Part shown: positions 26,244 through 41,949 of the stretch, in pieces
Numbering within the stretch: the first letter of the stretch is position 1
Layout of the letters: each line of letters starts with the position of its first letter
Notes under the pieces: model-generated
Told to the model about the DNA's origin: nothing
The model's input: the letters and a program-made list of their open reading frames with translations, nothing else
The model's database searches: none
Assembly (NCBI GenBank): GCA_964016885.1
Contig: OZ024742.1
Location: forward strand, 216,938,001-217,002,000
Direction: 5' to 3'
Origin: Eledone cirrhosa
Taxonomy: Eukaryota
Length of the DNA: 64,000 nucleotides
Made by a program: the position numbers and the translations under genes

Positions 26244-26246
<3 letters not shown>
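24922..26246 (-). mobile_element. PLE-type fold-back with tail
   Basis: Arms about 25079-25567 and 25817-26246 (indels between arms); tail 24922-25078. Confidence 0.85.
26083..26193 (+). ncRNA. Hammerhead ribozyme with a large stem II insertion and an A9U variant (mirror copy 25131-25241)
   Basis: gtact-CTGATGT-gttga[~70 nt]tcaac-GAAA-caattg-TC-agtac. Confidence 0.65.
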
Positions 26247-26327
<81 letters not shown>

Positions 26328-26357
26328 GGAGAGAGAGAGAGAGAGAGAGATATACAC

Positions 26358-26389
<32 letters not shown>

Positions 26390-26450
26390 GTAATTACATT
26401 GAGTTCTTCATACGGATTGGACACTACCGTAAACTTTTGGTAGATTTATC

Positions 26451-26535
<85 letters not shown>

Positions 26536-26594
26536 ATATATATATATGTGTATATATATACATATATATATACATATATATTTATATATATATA

Positions 26595-26631
<37 letters not shown>

Positions 26632-26863
26632 GTAATAATAATAAAATTGAAGACTAAAATCCAAAGAGGGCTCGATACATATATATATATATACATATAT
26701 ATATATAGTATATTTATGTAATAAACAACAAAAGATAATTATTTCATTTACCAGTGGTTTCTTGAAGACAGATATTTATGTCCGTCTTCATTCATCAGAA
26801 AAATAATATGGAATATTTCATACCACTGGTAAATGAAATAATTATCTTTTGTTGTTTATTACA

Positions 26864-26868
<5 letters not shown>
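26632..26868 (-). mobile_element. Small fold-back + tail element with a hammerhead core on the minus strand (about 26740-26808)
   Basis: Arms about 26715-26757 and 26822-26867. Minus strand reads CTGATGA-a tgaagac..gtcttca a-GAAA-ccactgg-TA; stem I is imperfect. Confidence 0.7.
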
Positions 26869-26958
<90 letters not shown>

Positions 26959-26979
26959 ACACACACATATATATGTATA

Positions 26980-27018
<39 letters not shown>

Positions 27019-27507
27019 CACCCTTTCTGATTTGTTTACATATCAAAAGCTTCCGTTTTTAGAAATGAGATTAATGGAATGCAAACACTATTCAGCTCTT
27101 AAAGTTTAATCCGTAAACATTATTTCTATATTCTTCGACACTTCACTATTCACAATTCAATATATTCAGAATGGCTTTCTTAGAAATTCGTAATTGAAAA
27201 TCTAAAGGATAATGTATATTTTATCAAACATACAATTCGATTAAAGTTACACAAAGTACCAATCGATTCATAAAATTAATTTATTGCTATACACATTAAA
27301 GATTTTAGTAAACTATACTAATATGATATATATTTATATTTGTGTGTGTGCGTGTGTGTGTGTGTGTTTGTGTGTGTTTGTGTGTGTGTGGGGGGGGTGC
27401 GATGTGTATCTGTGTGTCTGTGTGTATGTGGTTATGTGTCTTTTACCTAACCATTGAATTTCTATTTGCAGATGTGTACATTCTGTTGGAATATTATATG
27501 TGAGCGT

Positions 27508-27800
27508 AGACGCAGCATAGCCGAATGGTTAAGAGGTTTTCCTCGCAGTTATTTGGTCTCGAGGCATCTTGAGCAAGTGTCATTCGCCATTGCCCCAGGT
27601 TGACCCGGATGAACTGTAACAGTAATTCAAAGGGCTTGCCTTGTCACAAACTGTGTGTCACTGAATTTTCCTGAGAACTGCGTTAAGGTTACACGAGTGT
27701 ATGGAATTCTCAGCCATTTACTCATTAATTTCGCGAGCAAGCTATTCCATTAATCGAACCATCGAAACATTCGTCGTCGAAATCGACGTAGATCCATCGC
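27508..27800 (+). mobile_element. Decayed tRNA-headed CORE-type SINE
   Basis: GCATAGCCGAATGGTTAAGAG head; GGCATCTTGAGCAAGTGTC CORE-like segment; GCCTTGTCACA..CTGTGT body, also seen at about 10045-10110. Confidence 0.55.
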
Positions 27801-28921
27801 GTGTGTGTTATTTTGTAAGTCTGCAGACACACGCACGCACGCACAAATACATATATGCTATTATATTTGGTGGCTATACTGATTATCTGTGGGTACAATG
27901 CTAATTACATGATGGTGTAATAGTCTCTACATTATAAAATACAAACTACGTAATGCAATGACTACGGCCTGACGGCGTCCATCACCCGCATACCAGTATT
28001 TGGTGGAGGGTGGTTGTTGTTTTACTGGGAAAGCTAGAGTATGGATTTGAAGGTCGTGTTTGAATTTAATTTATTTCTTGTACGGTATGTTTCTCGTGGG
28101 ATTGGTTGCAGTTCTACTTTCACTTGAGTTAGATAACTGCTTACTTCTCTACATTCTAGTTAAGACAATCGTCAGTGTTGGTCATGAATATATGTGTATG
28201 GGGTAGGTGTATACATACATTGTTGTGTATATATGTGTGGGGGGCTGTATACATATATTGTTGTGTATGTGTGTGTGTGAGAGAGTGTGTGTGTATATAA
28301 AAATATATATGGAGCTTCTTAATGCATATTTTATATTATTTATCGTCGCCCCTCTTGTTGTTCAAGCTGATCAGTTATTGTCAGAGTTTCTGGTCATTCT
28401 TTTAAATAACAGTCAATTCGATTCTTCATGAGTGACACAGTACATCCACCTTTCTATACTTTCCAAAAGAGTGCACTGAGTAGTTAATGCTTTGGGAATA
28501 GTGATACAGTAGGAGTGGTGAGAGAAGTAGAGGCTGGGACATCTAATAGAGGGAGATAGACAAAGGGACTAGTGCAACTTGGGTGGAATTTATATATAAC
28601 TCAAGTTCTTGAACTTAAATACAAACATGCCTGTGTCAAATTAAACATCCGTTACAAAATATTATTCTTGATATGAATGATTTAAATTACGCGATGAAAA
28701 GAGTAACTGGTAGCCAGAAGACACTTGACAAAACTAAAATGCATTTTATTTATTTTCTTCTGCACTTTTGAGAAGCCAAAAACAATTGCTATTATTTGTG
28801 TTTAACCTTTCATAAACACTTAACTGGTTTATGAAAGGTTAACAGTCCATATAAGGATTAGGTGTGAATCACCTATCAATTTCACAAACAAAAACAATTA
28901 ACACCATGCCAGGAGTATTAT

Positions 28922-28952
<31 letters not shown>

Positions 28953-28976
28953 AACACATACACACACACACGCTCG

Positions 28977-29622
<646 letters not shown>

Positions 29623-29626
29623 TATA

Positions 29627-29703
<77 letters not shown>

Positions 29704-29784
29704 TAAACGGAATAGAAAACGCTGACAAATTGTTCACAGCGAAAAATAGTTTAATTAGGAATAAGTGATAATTAGTAATAGTAT

Positions 29785-29848
<64 letters not shown>

Positions 29849-29863
29849 GTGTGTGTGTGTGTT

Positions 29864-29905
<42 letters not shown>

Positions 29906-29929
29906 GGTGTGTGTGTGTGTGTGTGTGTT

Positions 29930-30028
<99 letters not shown>

Positions 30029-30602
30029 TCTATGCTCTCTGAGAGTGATTGCTTAACAACAATAAGGTGGATAAACATTTTACCGTTTCCCGGTTCTCAT
30101 TGGTTAATCGTGGCCAGGCAGTGTGCTTATTAATACTTATTGTGCGTGGTACAATTTATTAACTATAATGTAAAGTGCACCGCTGGTAAAAGGACTGATG
30201 CAGAAAGGGAAATGTTATATGGCTTACCGCGCAATATAGTAAGATTGTGAAACCCAATGTTGTTAGAAACACCCGGTTGTCATTAGATAAACATTTTCTA
30301 ATCACACTTAAATTTTACATTCTTTTCAAAAACAAAACAAATGCCAAAGCCTACCATAGCTCATAGGACACTTAATACGACTGGAAATACAAAACTGACC
30401 AATCATTAACCTTTCAATCCATACGCCAATAGTCTACTTCAAGTTTAATTCTTCGCAGAACCGCTTATTAAATAGGTCATGTCTTCTTAAAGCAGTGACA
30501 TGCAAAGCCACTATACCATCAGACAGCTCGATCCACGGTAACTATATGGGATGATCTGACCTCCTCAAATAGCTGGCTTTGTTCTTAATTTAGAAACCAT
30601 TA

Positions 30603-30785
30603 TTAGGCGAATCAGTAGAGTGGTAGAATGTCAGATAGAATGTATTGGAATATTTGTTTCCACTCAATGAACTCTGATTTCAAATTTCGACAAATTTTAA
30701 CCTTTCTAGGTCGATAAAATAAAGTACCAGTTATGTACTAGGACCAAATTACTGGACTCGTGCAGAAAGTGGAAATCATTATTAT
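30603..30785 (+). mobile_element. Degenerate Meta-domain SINE
   Basis: GGTCGATAAAATAAAGTACCAG core; GGAAATCATTATT end. Confidence 0.65.
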
Positions 30786-31937
30786 TGTTGTTGTTGTTGA
30801 TGCTGTTATTGTTCTGTTGTTGATGTTGATGCTGTTGTTGCTCTGTTGTTGCTGTTGTTGTTGTTTTTATGTTCGTGTTGCATAAATCTTAGAGCATTCG
30901 CATTACATACCGTACAATATTAATTTCTTTTGTGAATCATAGATATTTTGGTTGATGGAAATTACTGAATGGCTGAATGGCGTGCATTTTCGTATTTGTA
31001 TTAGCCTATTTGAAGGAAAACTTTACGTAGTCATTCGGCCTGCTAGATATAGCAACTAAATTGTCTTCATATCATAGACGATTAGCTGTTATTCTATAGT
31101 ATCATATACTATCGACTTGAAATAGGATGGATATGGTGAACAAAGTAGTTTTTAACAAAAACAAGACGACAACTGATGACGTCTGAAACATCTTTAATCA
31201 TATATTGCTCCATTAGGGCCTGATCTGGAGTGAAAAAACAATAAAATCTACATCAATACCGCCAATGGTTTTCATCTCTAGGCTCTTAAATATAGAAATA
31301 TTATTTTTCATTCCTAACGATATTCGACCGCGAAATTTCTAAGGGTTCGGTTAAGATATCATGTACTAAAAACTGAAAACCAGTGCGTGAACAAATACTA
31401 ATACAAATCAATATAGATTCTATATCAGTAAAGCACTTGACTAGTACCAGTAATATACTTAGGATCAATTTATTCAAATGTATCTCTCTTCCACAAATAT
31501 ATGAGTTTGTGCTATTGTAAGACATTATTATATTATTATTACTAGCAGAAAAACCACCCTTCGAGTGGTTTTCTGCTAGCATGTGTAGTGTGCATATTGA
31601 TATTATACGCAAATATATATACATGTAGATATGATACATCAAATGAAATCATAATTGACAATATCCACAAAAATTGAAAAGAATCTGTGTTACACTGTCT
31701 TATTAATCGGTAAAGTAATCCATGAAAAAAGACGATATTATATATAAACTGCATTAGGAAAAAAATTAGTGACAGAAATATATAAATGTTTATATAAGCG
31801 ATCGCTAACCGGAAGTGTTGACATTTGAAAATTTTAAAGAAGTGAATCTTAAAATAAGCAACAAAATTATTTATCAATTATTAATCAAGATTTACGAAAT
31901 TTAGTAGATAAATTATGTAATATTCATTCATTATTTA

Positions 31938-32970
31938 TTCTGAGTTCAAATCCCGCCAAGGTTAACTTTGCCTTTTAACCTTATGTGGTCGATAAAATAA
32001 AGCACCAGTAATACACTGGGATAATTGCTGGCCTTGTGCCAAAAGTAGAAACAATTATTTATTCAAAGTAATTCAACTTATTTTACAAACGGGATAAAAA
32101 AATATATTCTGGACGCAATCCCGACTCCTTTCTTTATTAAAGTTAAGATTATTATTATTGGTGGATTGGTAGTATCAGTAGAGGGTCGGCCGTCATGCCT
32201 TGCAGCATAGAGTTACGCACCTTTACGGTCTGAGTTCAAATCCCGCCGAGGTTAACTTTGCCTTTCATCCTTAAGAGGTCGATAAAATAAAGCACCAGTA
32301 ACGTACTGGGATAATTGCTGGCCTTGTGCCAAAAGTAGAAACATTTATTATTATCATTATATTGGATAGTGGATTGACAGAATTGATAGAACGAAGATGC
32401 TTTGCGACATTTTTTTATCTCTGTGCGTTCTAATTCAAAGTTGACTTCCGCCGATGTCAACTTTGCTTTTCACCTTTCGATAAAACAATTTACCAGTAAA
32501 GTATTGAGTTGATATAATCGACTTTCCCTTGTTCGCAAACTGCTGGCCTTGTATCAAAATTAAAACTCATTATAATTATCATTGTGTGGTAGATTAACAG
32601 AATCGTTAGAGTTGAAAAGAATGCTTTACGATATTTTGTTCTAGATCTTTACCTTCTGATTTCAAATCCCGCCAAGATCAACTTAGCTTTTGATCCTTCC
32701 GCGTGCGATAAAATAAAGTCTCAGTCGTGCACTGGGATTGATTTAATCGCTGACCTTGCGCCTGTAATAGACATTATATGGCGTCGAACAAAAGACCACG
32801 CGTTATTTTATTTGACGTGGTAACAAATCCACCCAAGGTTTACTTTCCAATTCATCCTTCCGTGGTTGATAAAATGAAGTACCAGTCATGTACTGGGCTC
32901 GATTTAATCGATCTCCAATGCTCCCACTTTGAGATGTCTGGCATCATGCCTAAATTAGAAACCATTATTC
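31938..32970 (+). mobile_element. Head-to-tail cluster of five Meta-domain SINE copies
   Basis: Core repeated at about 31960, 32250, 32455, 32675 and 32840, with different degrees of decay. Confidence 0.85.
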
Positions 32971-35900
32971 TTACATTTATTACAACTGCTGCTGATGATA
33001 TTCCTGTTATAGTTGCTACTACTGCCATCATTATTGCTGTTATTAATATCATCATAATTGTTATTGTTATTGATATTATTATTGTTATTGTTGTTGTTAC
33101 ACTTCACTGTCTTTGTTGTAACAATTCGATCGTTCACTTCCCTCTTGGGGATAGTATTGGCTGTTGCACGCGTATTGACTTACATAAAAACAAATGCATT
33201 ACACCTCTTTCTCAATTGAGATTAGAACTTTAGTTTTTTTTTCATTCTTAAAATCTATAGCAAAACAACTGTTTTTTTTTTTATTTATCCCTACACTATT
33301 ATTACCTACCTCACTTAAATTTCCTCTCTTCTAATTGACCAGACGTGTAATAAGCACAAAAGGAAAAAAATACATTTGAAAAAGCATGGAAAATTATCTA
33401 CAGAAATACGTTAAGATTCCTTAACTAATTCTCTACTATCTATTTAACCAATGCATCCCCCCCCCCCCCCACAAACAAATATATCACCTAGTAGTTGCAG
33501 ATCTATTTATTTAATCCCAATTTTATAGCTCAAATAATTACGAAACCACTTGCTTCGATGAAATATTTGAAAAGAAATTCCGTTGGATTTTTTTATTAAG
33601 GTTATTTCAGGAGTATGATTCTGTCCAAAACAGACAATAAACTTAGCTTTAGTCTTCTCACCATTATCACAACGTGCCTTTATTTACCTTTTGCTTGACA
33701 TGGAATTTATTGTCATTAAGTATTCTGCCCCCACTATCATCAAATGTGTTTGTTTTTTAGAGGAAATGTAGAATTCATCCAAAGACAGTAAATTGCACTG
33801 ACGTTCCTTGTGAATATGTTTTATGCTATATTCCTTTGCTTTTTCTGTCCACTTTACTTTTGCTCTGTTCCTCTCTTTATGTTATAATTATTGTTTTCTT
33901 ATTCCGTTTAAAGTAAAAGCAGAATGTTTTTTTTAAATACTCATATTTTCGTTATCTTTCTACAATCTTATTTTAAGATTTTGGAACACACACACATTTC
34001 ATATATATATATTAAACACCTCATATTTCGACAAATAACAGCGGCTTAACAAAGGGAAACTTATAATTGGAATGGAATTTCTTATATAAATGTGATAAAA
34101 TTGAAATTCCGTCAGACCAAACTTGTTCAAGCTACCCCATTTAAAGTATAAGGCTTGAAAACTTTTCCTTCTCACTTTTTCTATTTATTGTTTGATTCTG
34201 TTTGTTTTGGTTTTAACGGAAAAGTGGAATAGCCCCATAACGAACCACAAAATATTGTAATGGGGGAGAAAAATTCTGAAAACTCAATTAGCGCAGAGTA
34301 TTTTAGAAAGTCGTAACTTCTAAAAGAGGTCTCGACTTGAAACACTACAATATCAGAATTCAATACCTGATTGGAAAACCTTGCATCATTGTTAATTGTA
34401 TGATTTAAAAAATAATGAAAAAACATCTGAATAGAGTTATGACTCACACGTTTCCCTTTGAAACAAATTATACGCTAGATCCTATCTTTTTGGAGGATCA
34501 TTAACTTTCAAAACTGATTAACTGTCTGAACAGAAGTTATGCTTTACGAAGCAAAACTGTGTGATCAGGTGGAAACAATGCTTTTATTATCAATTGGCCA
34601 TAACTTAACATCAATTTAACCTACTAATAGCTGTCACTAAACACTGACGATGGACGAAAGAGAAGACATAAAAGACTGGATAAAAACACATCACTAACAA
34701 TAAATATATTTATAATAATATTTAAAAGATTGGATCAAAATTTTCAGATTAATAAAAAAAAATGTTTTTGTGCATGTTTTTTATGTTGAAAAATATTTTA
34801 AAATAAAACAAAAATGGTGGTGATGAAAGATAATAACTTAAAACTAAATAAAAACACAAAACAATCTTCAAATGGAATGGTGAATCGTTTTAACTAACAA
34901 AAACTGGATGTAACGAGGTGATAGACACATTTCTTTCCATTTCCTGCTTTGTTAGGATATTATTTTTTACTAACTACATCACCATATAATAGTCACTTAT
35001 ACGCAACAGAACTTATAGCAACCCATTCTTGTGAACCTTTGGTGAATCGGCAAGATGAGAAACTGTGAAATTTGAAATCAAAATCATTTTTGTATTTACT
35101 CTGGTGATCTTTGCAGTTGGTTATCATGTATTTTGTGAACTAAGTGTCCTGCATAGGAAGAATTAGTGCAGTTTATTAACATAACTCATATTAGAAAATA
35201 CAGCTATTTATATCATAACTTACTATCAATAAAAAAAATTGATTTCTGCAAAATGAAAGGATTTAAAAACTTTCAAAATATTATCCTTTGCTAGAAATAG
35301 AAAATTACAAATAGAAAACTGGAGATGTGTTGTTTTGCTTTTTGTAATTGTTTGCTTTTTTTCTTTTCTTTTTCTTTTTCTTTTTCTTTTTCTTTTTCTT
35401 TTTCTTTTTCTTCTTTTTTTTGTGCCGGTGAGACTGTGTACCTGAAATCCGTTGGCTTTGCTATTTGACAATCAAAGAGTAAACGGAAAATATCATACAG
35501 AAAGGATTATAAAAAGAGACAAACTGTCACTTGACTACTGAACAGAAAGCCAGCCAACCACTCTGTGCATGGCACCTCACCCATAATGGAAGTGTTTCTT
35601 TCAACTTTGTAAAAGAAATTGTCTATCCTAATTTGAACTTTTAAACAAATAATTTTGGTAATGAGGAAATCCAGATTTTTACTTATTAGGTGTATAAATA
35701 TTCTTTTCATTTCTTTCTCTTTCCTCCTATTCAAATTTTATATAGTGTAGAATTACGGAAAATATATTTTGAAAATGAAAAAATGACTTCACTATTTTAA
35801 TACGTTTGACATTAATATTAGTTGATTAAATGTTCTAGCAATATGAACCGATCAGAAATAAGTGGAAGAAAAACATCAATTATAAACTGAAGAAATAAAA

Positions 35901-37629
35901 CTGAAAATACATGCATTTTAAACAATCAAAGATATAGTTTATGAATGATAATGTCTTAGTAAAACAAAATACATTATGTATCCAAAATAGAAAGTCCCAT
36001 TCCAAATGAGAAACTCTTTCGGACAAATCTTGGTGACGTCTTATCTCTTTCTCTCACTTTCCCTTTTCTCCTTTTACATATACTATTTCCGTTTGCATAT
36101 TGTAGAATCAATACTATTATTAAACGGCACCAACATAGATATATAGATAATGAAATCATTAGACCTTCTACTAAACTGATGATTTGATGCCAACCAATAT
36201 GATGTACTAAAACCTTATTAGTTGGTCGATTACTAACTAATTTTTCTCTTGGGTTGGGGGGGGGGGTGTATTATAAACATCTCTAGTTAGATGGGGTTTT
36301 TTTTTCATACTTTCTGTAATCTGATGAAACCCATACATATTTTGAGATCATCGATTAAAGAAATATACAGATAACTGAAATTAGTTTCTCAGACAGTCAC
36401 GTAGCTCAGTATCAATAAAGCACTACACTGCTTAACTTGGATAATTTCTCGTGAGAGAACACCATTTGATTGTACACCGAGCACTATTTCAACTTATAGT
36501 AACTAAATATTTTCATTACGCCCCCATCAATCCTCACTACAAATAATACGTTACGTTGTTATTGCTTGGATTAGACACAGTATTGCTGGGATAAGTTCTC
36601 AGTGGATTGTGGCCTTACCTTGTTTTGATTTCCACTCGGAAAGTATCGCTAAGCCAAAGTGACCAATTTATTTTCATTTGATAATTGTCCTGATATATTT
36701 CATGTCAAATTATTCAAGTTGGAAGTAAATTAAAACCGAAATTGGAGAATATGTGTTGATAGAATTGAAATGGCTAACGGATTGTAACTTTGTTACTTCT
36801 TAGATTGACCTTTGGACAACACTAGTGATGCTGAAATGGGAATCCTGATGTTTGGACACTCCAGGATTTCCATACACAACGCCCAAGTGATTTGCGCCTC
36901 AAGAGCCGCAATCTATAGTCGTTCGCGACGGACAGAGGCCTACATGAGGGTTCAGATTTAAGGGGTATTTGGAATGTGACTTGGCGAGTTTCATGCCTTT
37001 CATCCGAGGCACTATGTGAAGGGAAGTGGCTACATATGGAAATCAAAGCCATGTGGCTATCACGGCTCACCAGGACGTATTTCTACTCTATAGTATAGCC
37101 ACAGGATTACTGAAATTTAGTTAAATGTTATCTTCATTAAAAACGTTTTGTATTACACTGTTTATCCTTTTCCAAATAAATGTATCATTTGTATAGCTTT
37201 TAAATAAAACAGAATCGAAACCACTGATATGTTTTAATTATTTAATAATAATTTTTACTTCAGAAAAAATATCCTAATTTTTAAGGAATGGTGTAGTTGT
37301 TTGAATCGAACGCATTATATGACTATCGTTTATTTATATCGATTCTTTAAATATAAAGGGCGAGTTTGAGCCGAATTTGTATTGAAGAGTAACACATTAA
37401 TCTAACTTTCTAACTGTCTTTACCAATTTAACAAGATAAAATATGAGAGCAATAGAATAGCAGAAACCGTAAAATACTTAACTAATTGTCTTTCAGTTGT
37501 TCGTTGCACTTCGTTCAAGGTTCAAATCGACATTCATTTTAATATTTCTAGGATCAATATCATAGATACCAAGGATGTATTAAGATCGATTCAATCGGCT
37601 AAACCATTCTTTTAAAACGATAGTGGTAT

Positions 37630-37850
37630 AGTGGTAGATTGGCAGTATCGGTAGAGCGTCGGACAATATTCTTAATGGCATAGGGTCACGACCCTTTCTG
37701 ACTTCAAATCCTACCGCGGTTACCTTTGCCGTTATCCTTACGGGTTCGATAAAATAAAGTATCAGTAATGCACTGGCATCGATTTAATCCACTTTCCCAT
37801 CCCCCAAAAATCGTTGGCCTTGTGTCTAATCTAAATCAGAAACCATTATT
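37630..37850 (+). mobile_element. Meta-domain SINE
   Basis: GATTGGCAGTATCGGTAGAG head and core. Confidence 0.8.
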
Positions 37851-38354
37851 TTCCAACAGAAGTTTTAAAATAAATAATCTAAGAATATATTTTTCTGTTC
37901 TTGATATATGTTTTTAATATGTATTTACGACGCAAAGATACAAAAATGCTGAATGACACGTGGTACCAACTTCTGAATTCATGTGACACATTGCTATTAA
38001 TAAAAACTCTCCATACAACAATCTGCCATCTATAAGCCAAGCTGTCTTTGCACTACGATCGTATATTTTGTGAAGCTCAATGTCTTAAGTCTTAAATACT
38101 TCAATATATTTCTTGTTTAGGTAGGTCAATCAGGAGAGGTGAGGAGGTAGTGTCCATGACATTTACAGGTCTAATTGACATATCGAATTGATGAAACGAG
38201 TGACCACCCTCTGCATCTTTATGTAAATATCTGCAGAAAAAATACCTGAGCGATCTACTTCAACCCAAGGTGCCTTACGCCTCAATTATTATCTTCATTA
38301 TTTTGTGCCAAAAGTAGAAACAATTATTATCTAATTAAAAACTAAACGCTGAAA

Positions 38355-38545
38355 TAATTGTTTCTACTTTTTGCACAAGGCAAGCAATAATCCCAGCGCA
38401 TTACTGGTACTTTATTTCATCGACCCCGTAAGGATGAAAGGCAAAGTTAACCTCGGCGGGATTCGAACTGAGACCGTAAAGGGACGTAACTTTATACTGC
38501 ACAGCATGGTATCCGACTCTCTACCGATACTGCCAATCCATCGCT
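38355..38545 (-). mobile_element. Meta-domain SINE, full length
   Basis: Reverse complement of the 8687-8866 type. Confidence 0.85.
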
Positions 38546-39534
38546 GAAATAATGTTTTGATTCATTCCAATCCATTCACGTTCCTATTCAATAAGAGGGA
38601 AATGACGTGACGTGACGTGACGAAACCCTGTTTCAAGAAAATTACAACTTTTTTTTATGATTTTATTGTTTATTCTTTTCATATTTTATGTATATTGTTA
38701 TTATCAATAACAATTGATTTAGATATTATTTAGTTTTTTCAGGTTGATTCTAATTTTCATGCCTTGCTAGAATCTCATTTTCTTTTACACTCGTCGTCGT
38801 TAATAAAATTGGAGTCAATTATATAAAGAGGAAACAATTTAGACTGTTATTATATGGTCTTTTGTGGGACCGAAATGGTATATTGTGAAAAGAAAGTTCC
38901 CTTGCAAGATATAGACATAACTTTAAGATCTTAGTTCAAATTCATTAACTATCTTCAATATTTGAGATGTTGTTTCGACGAATGCAATGATCAACGTCAT
39001 CCTAGGCGTGAACATACTTTGGATTTTTTTTGCGGTGGGTGGGGGCATACAATATTTAGAACATTGTCTAATATCTCCTCACCTTTTTCAAGATAGTCGA
39101 ATCATATTTCAGGGAGCTTTAGCTACTGTTGTTTCTAGCAGGTTGAGCGAACACAGAGAGGTTACCTCTTATAAGTTATTTTGATGTGTATTCCTTTCCT
39201 ATGATCATTTATGATGTAAATAAGATAACAGCTTCAACCAATTACTAAAACTGCATAATAGGCCGTATTATTGTGAGGTGTCTCCATCTTGTATGCTTCA
39301 CATCAAACATGTTCTTGATAAATATTTGAATGGCATTTCTATCTTGCTGTTGGTTAATCAAGGAAGGAATAGCGTTGCTTATGACTATTTTTAAGATCTC
39401 CCAGACTTGTAGAAGGTGGGGTGCAAACATCCTCAAATCAGAGACCTGCCCGGAATATTTGTAATAGAATGGCTCCGTTAAAAAGACCCAATGGCCAAAT
39501 AGTAGCATTAAACAGAGCGGCAGATTAAGTCTAC

Positions 39535-39790
39535 GACCCAAGCGGTTTATAGTAGGATTTGAACTCAGAACGTAAAAAGCTGGACTAAATACCACAAGGC
39601 GTCTCGTCCGACGCTCTAACATTCCGCTTATCCACCTCCCTGTACTGATACTTTATTTTATCGACACCGAGCGGATGAAAGGCAAAGTTGACCTCAGCGG
39701 GATTTGAACTAAGAGCGCAGAGCAATGAGAGAAATAGTGCAAGATATTTTGTCCTACGCTTTAACGATTCTATCAATTCGCCGCTTTAAG
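39535..39790 (-). mobile_element. Two adjacent partial SINE copies
   Basis: GGATTTGAACTC/T B-boxes at about 39555 and 39700; core at 39640-39700. Confidence 0.7.
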
Positions 39791-39832
39791 TTTCGAATAC
39801 TTGCTTATTCTTTTTTATTGGAAACAGTATTC

Positions 39833-40144
<312 letters not shown>

Positions 40145-40234
40145 GTGCGTGTGTGTGCGTGAGTGAGTGGTGGTGGTGGTGGTTGTGCTGGGTGGGTGTC
40201 TGTGTATGATTGTATTGTTTGTTAATGGCTCGTA

Positions 40235-40850
40235 ACTTACTGATTCGATAAATAGATATCGATAGAATATGCGCCAGATTTGAAAAGATAAATAGTTGAG
40301 TGGATATGATGAAATAAAACTCTTCAATGCAGTTCCTCGATATAACCGCAACCAACCAGCCAGCAAAAGCTTTTTTCATATTAAAACACATTCGGTGTTG
40401 CTGTAGAAGTACCAGTAGAGTGAAGCAGACAGACAGAAATAAAGAGATACAGAAACATAAAGGCGGTGATTCAGATAAGCGCATAACCCGAAACGTTTGT
40501 AGTGACCTACATTCCGCGGGCTCACATACATTCTCTGTGCGTGATTTGGCTGAGCTCAGCCAATCAGCGCCAGTAGAAAAGGATGTATCCCTACGCGTCC
40601 TGAGGGAGAAATTCCCCGCGAAGATTTGAAGAATCTTCCTCTCGCACCAGGAATTTCGAACCAGCAACACGTACATGTGACGGTGAGATTTTGCACTTTG
40701 GCCTGCCGGCTTTCCGGCGCAATGGCACATTCCCTTTTGTAACCTCATTTTATGTGTAACTTCAACCATACAAGTTAACCAACATTATTTGTGCTACAAC
40801 AAAAGTAAACATACATTTCATCTCTAATTTCTGCTGTTGACGTCATTATT
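40235..40850 (-). promoter_or_regulatory. Candidate host promoter and non-coding first exon
   Basis: Locally CpG-richer unique DNA; AGCCAATCAGC at 40558-40568; TGACGTCA at about 40838; minus-strand donor CA|GTAAGT at about 40240. Confidence 0.3.
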
Positions 40851-41004
40851 ATGTTACTTGTGTCTCAATAACATTTATAACCCATGCTGCTAAACGTTAC
40901 TCGATAAAGTGCGTAACTCGGAGATCAGAGAGTCAGTCCAGGTAGAGCCGCTACTTCTCCGAATTGAGAGATCACAGTTCCGATACTGTGAGCATGTGGT
41001 TAAA

Positions 41005-41258
41005 TTGTCTCAGAAAAGAATCGCTGAACAGATTTTACGAGCGAAACCAACAAATAGGAGACCCAGGGGTAGACCTTGAGCAAGATAGTTGGATAACCGT
41101 TGGGGATCCAGCCGGATCAATTGGAGACGGTTGCTTCTGACTGGACCCGTTGGAGGGAGTGTTGGAGGACTCTGTCCCCACGACCCTCTCAAGAAGAAGA
41201 AAAAGAAGAAGAAGAAGAAGAAGAAGAAGAAGAAGAAGAAGAAGAAGAAGAAGAAACA
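41005..41258 (+). mobile_element. 3' end of an RTE-clade LINE with (AAG)n tail
   Basis: ERIAEQILRAKPTNRRPRGRP*AR*LD resembles the RTE C-terminal RPRGRP..RW.D motif. Confidence 0.65.
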
Positions 41259-41949
41259 GGAATCACGTACTCTGTAGCAGCAATTCAGTTATTGTTGGTC
41301 TTTGCCTTAGAAATGAGGTAGGTGAAATAATAATTTCCCTCATCTCTTTCTAATTCATTGACTTGCTAAATTTTTCAAGAATAGGAAAAGGTGTAAACTT
41401 TACAATGAGGACTTGTTCAAATTAATTAATATATTATCTGTATAAAAAACAATTTGGTTATGTTTTACAGGATCTGTTTTAATTTCATTAAAACTATGCA
41501 AGACTGTAGATAACAAAATTGTAGATTTGCAAATCTGGGCATTATATAGGCAAAATTAATTTTGCTGAAGTGGAGACAATGCGGCTTGTATAGCATTTTT
41601 AAATAGTTCTACCCTAAGTAATGTGTGTATCTGATAAGGATAATACGATTAAAAGATTAGTTTGAAAGTTTGAAGATTAGTAGTTGAGGTGTAAGCTTAA
41701 ATACTCTAGAAATCCCAGACCACTTTTGTTCTGGAAACAAAGAATTGTGAAAAGATGATCTAATTAAAGAAACACACTATATGTGACTTATGTAAGGAAG
41801 AGCCCCATGAGATAATAGTAAGGTGAGTAGGGTTATGTGGTAAGATTACGCAGAGATAGTTATCAGATTTCAGAAATATAAAGAACATTATAAAATTAAT
41901 TGTATAAATAGAAAGAGACCACAATTCGATGGTGAATAAGTAATTGTTC

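Noticed and set aside
36970-37015. Hammerhead-like CGGATGA..GAAA..TC on the minus strand
   Set aside because: Core mismatch, poor stems and no supporting repeat architecture.
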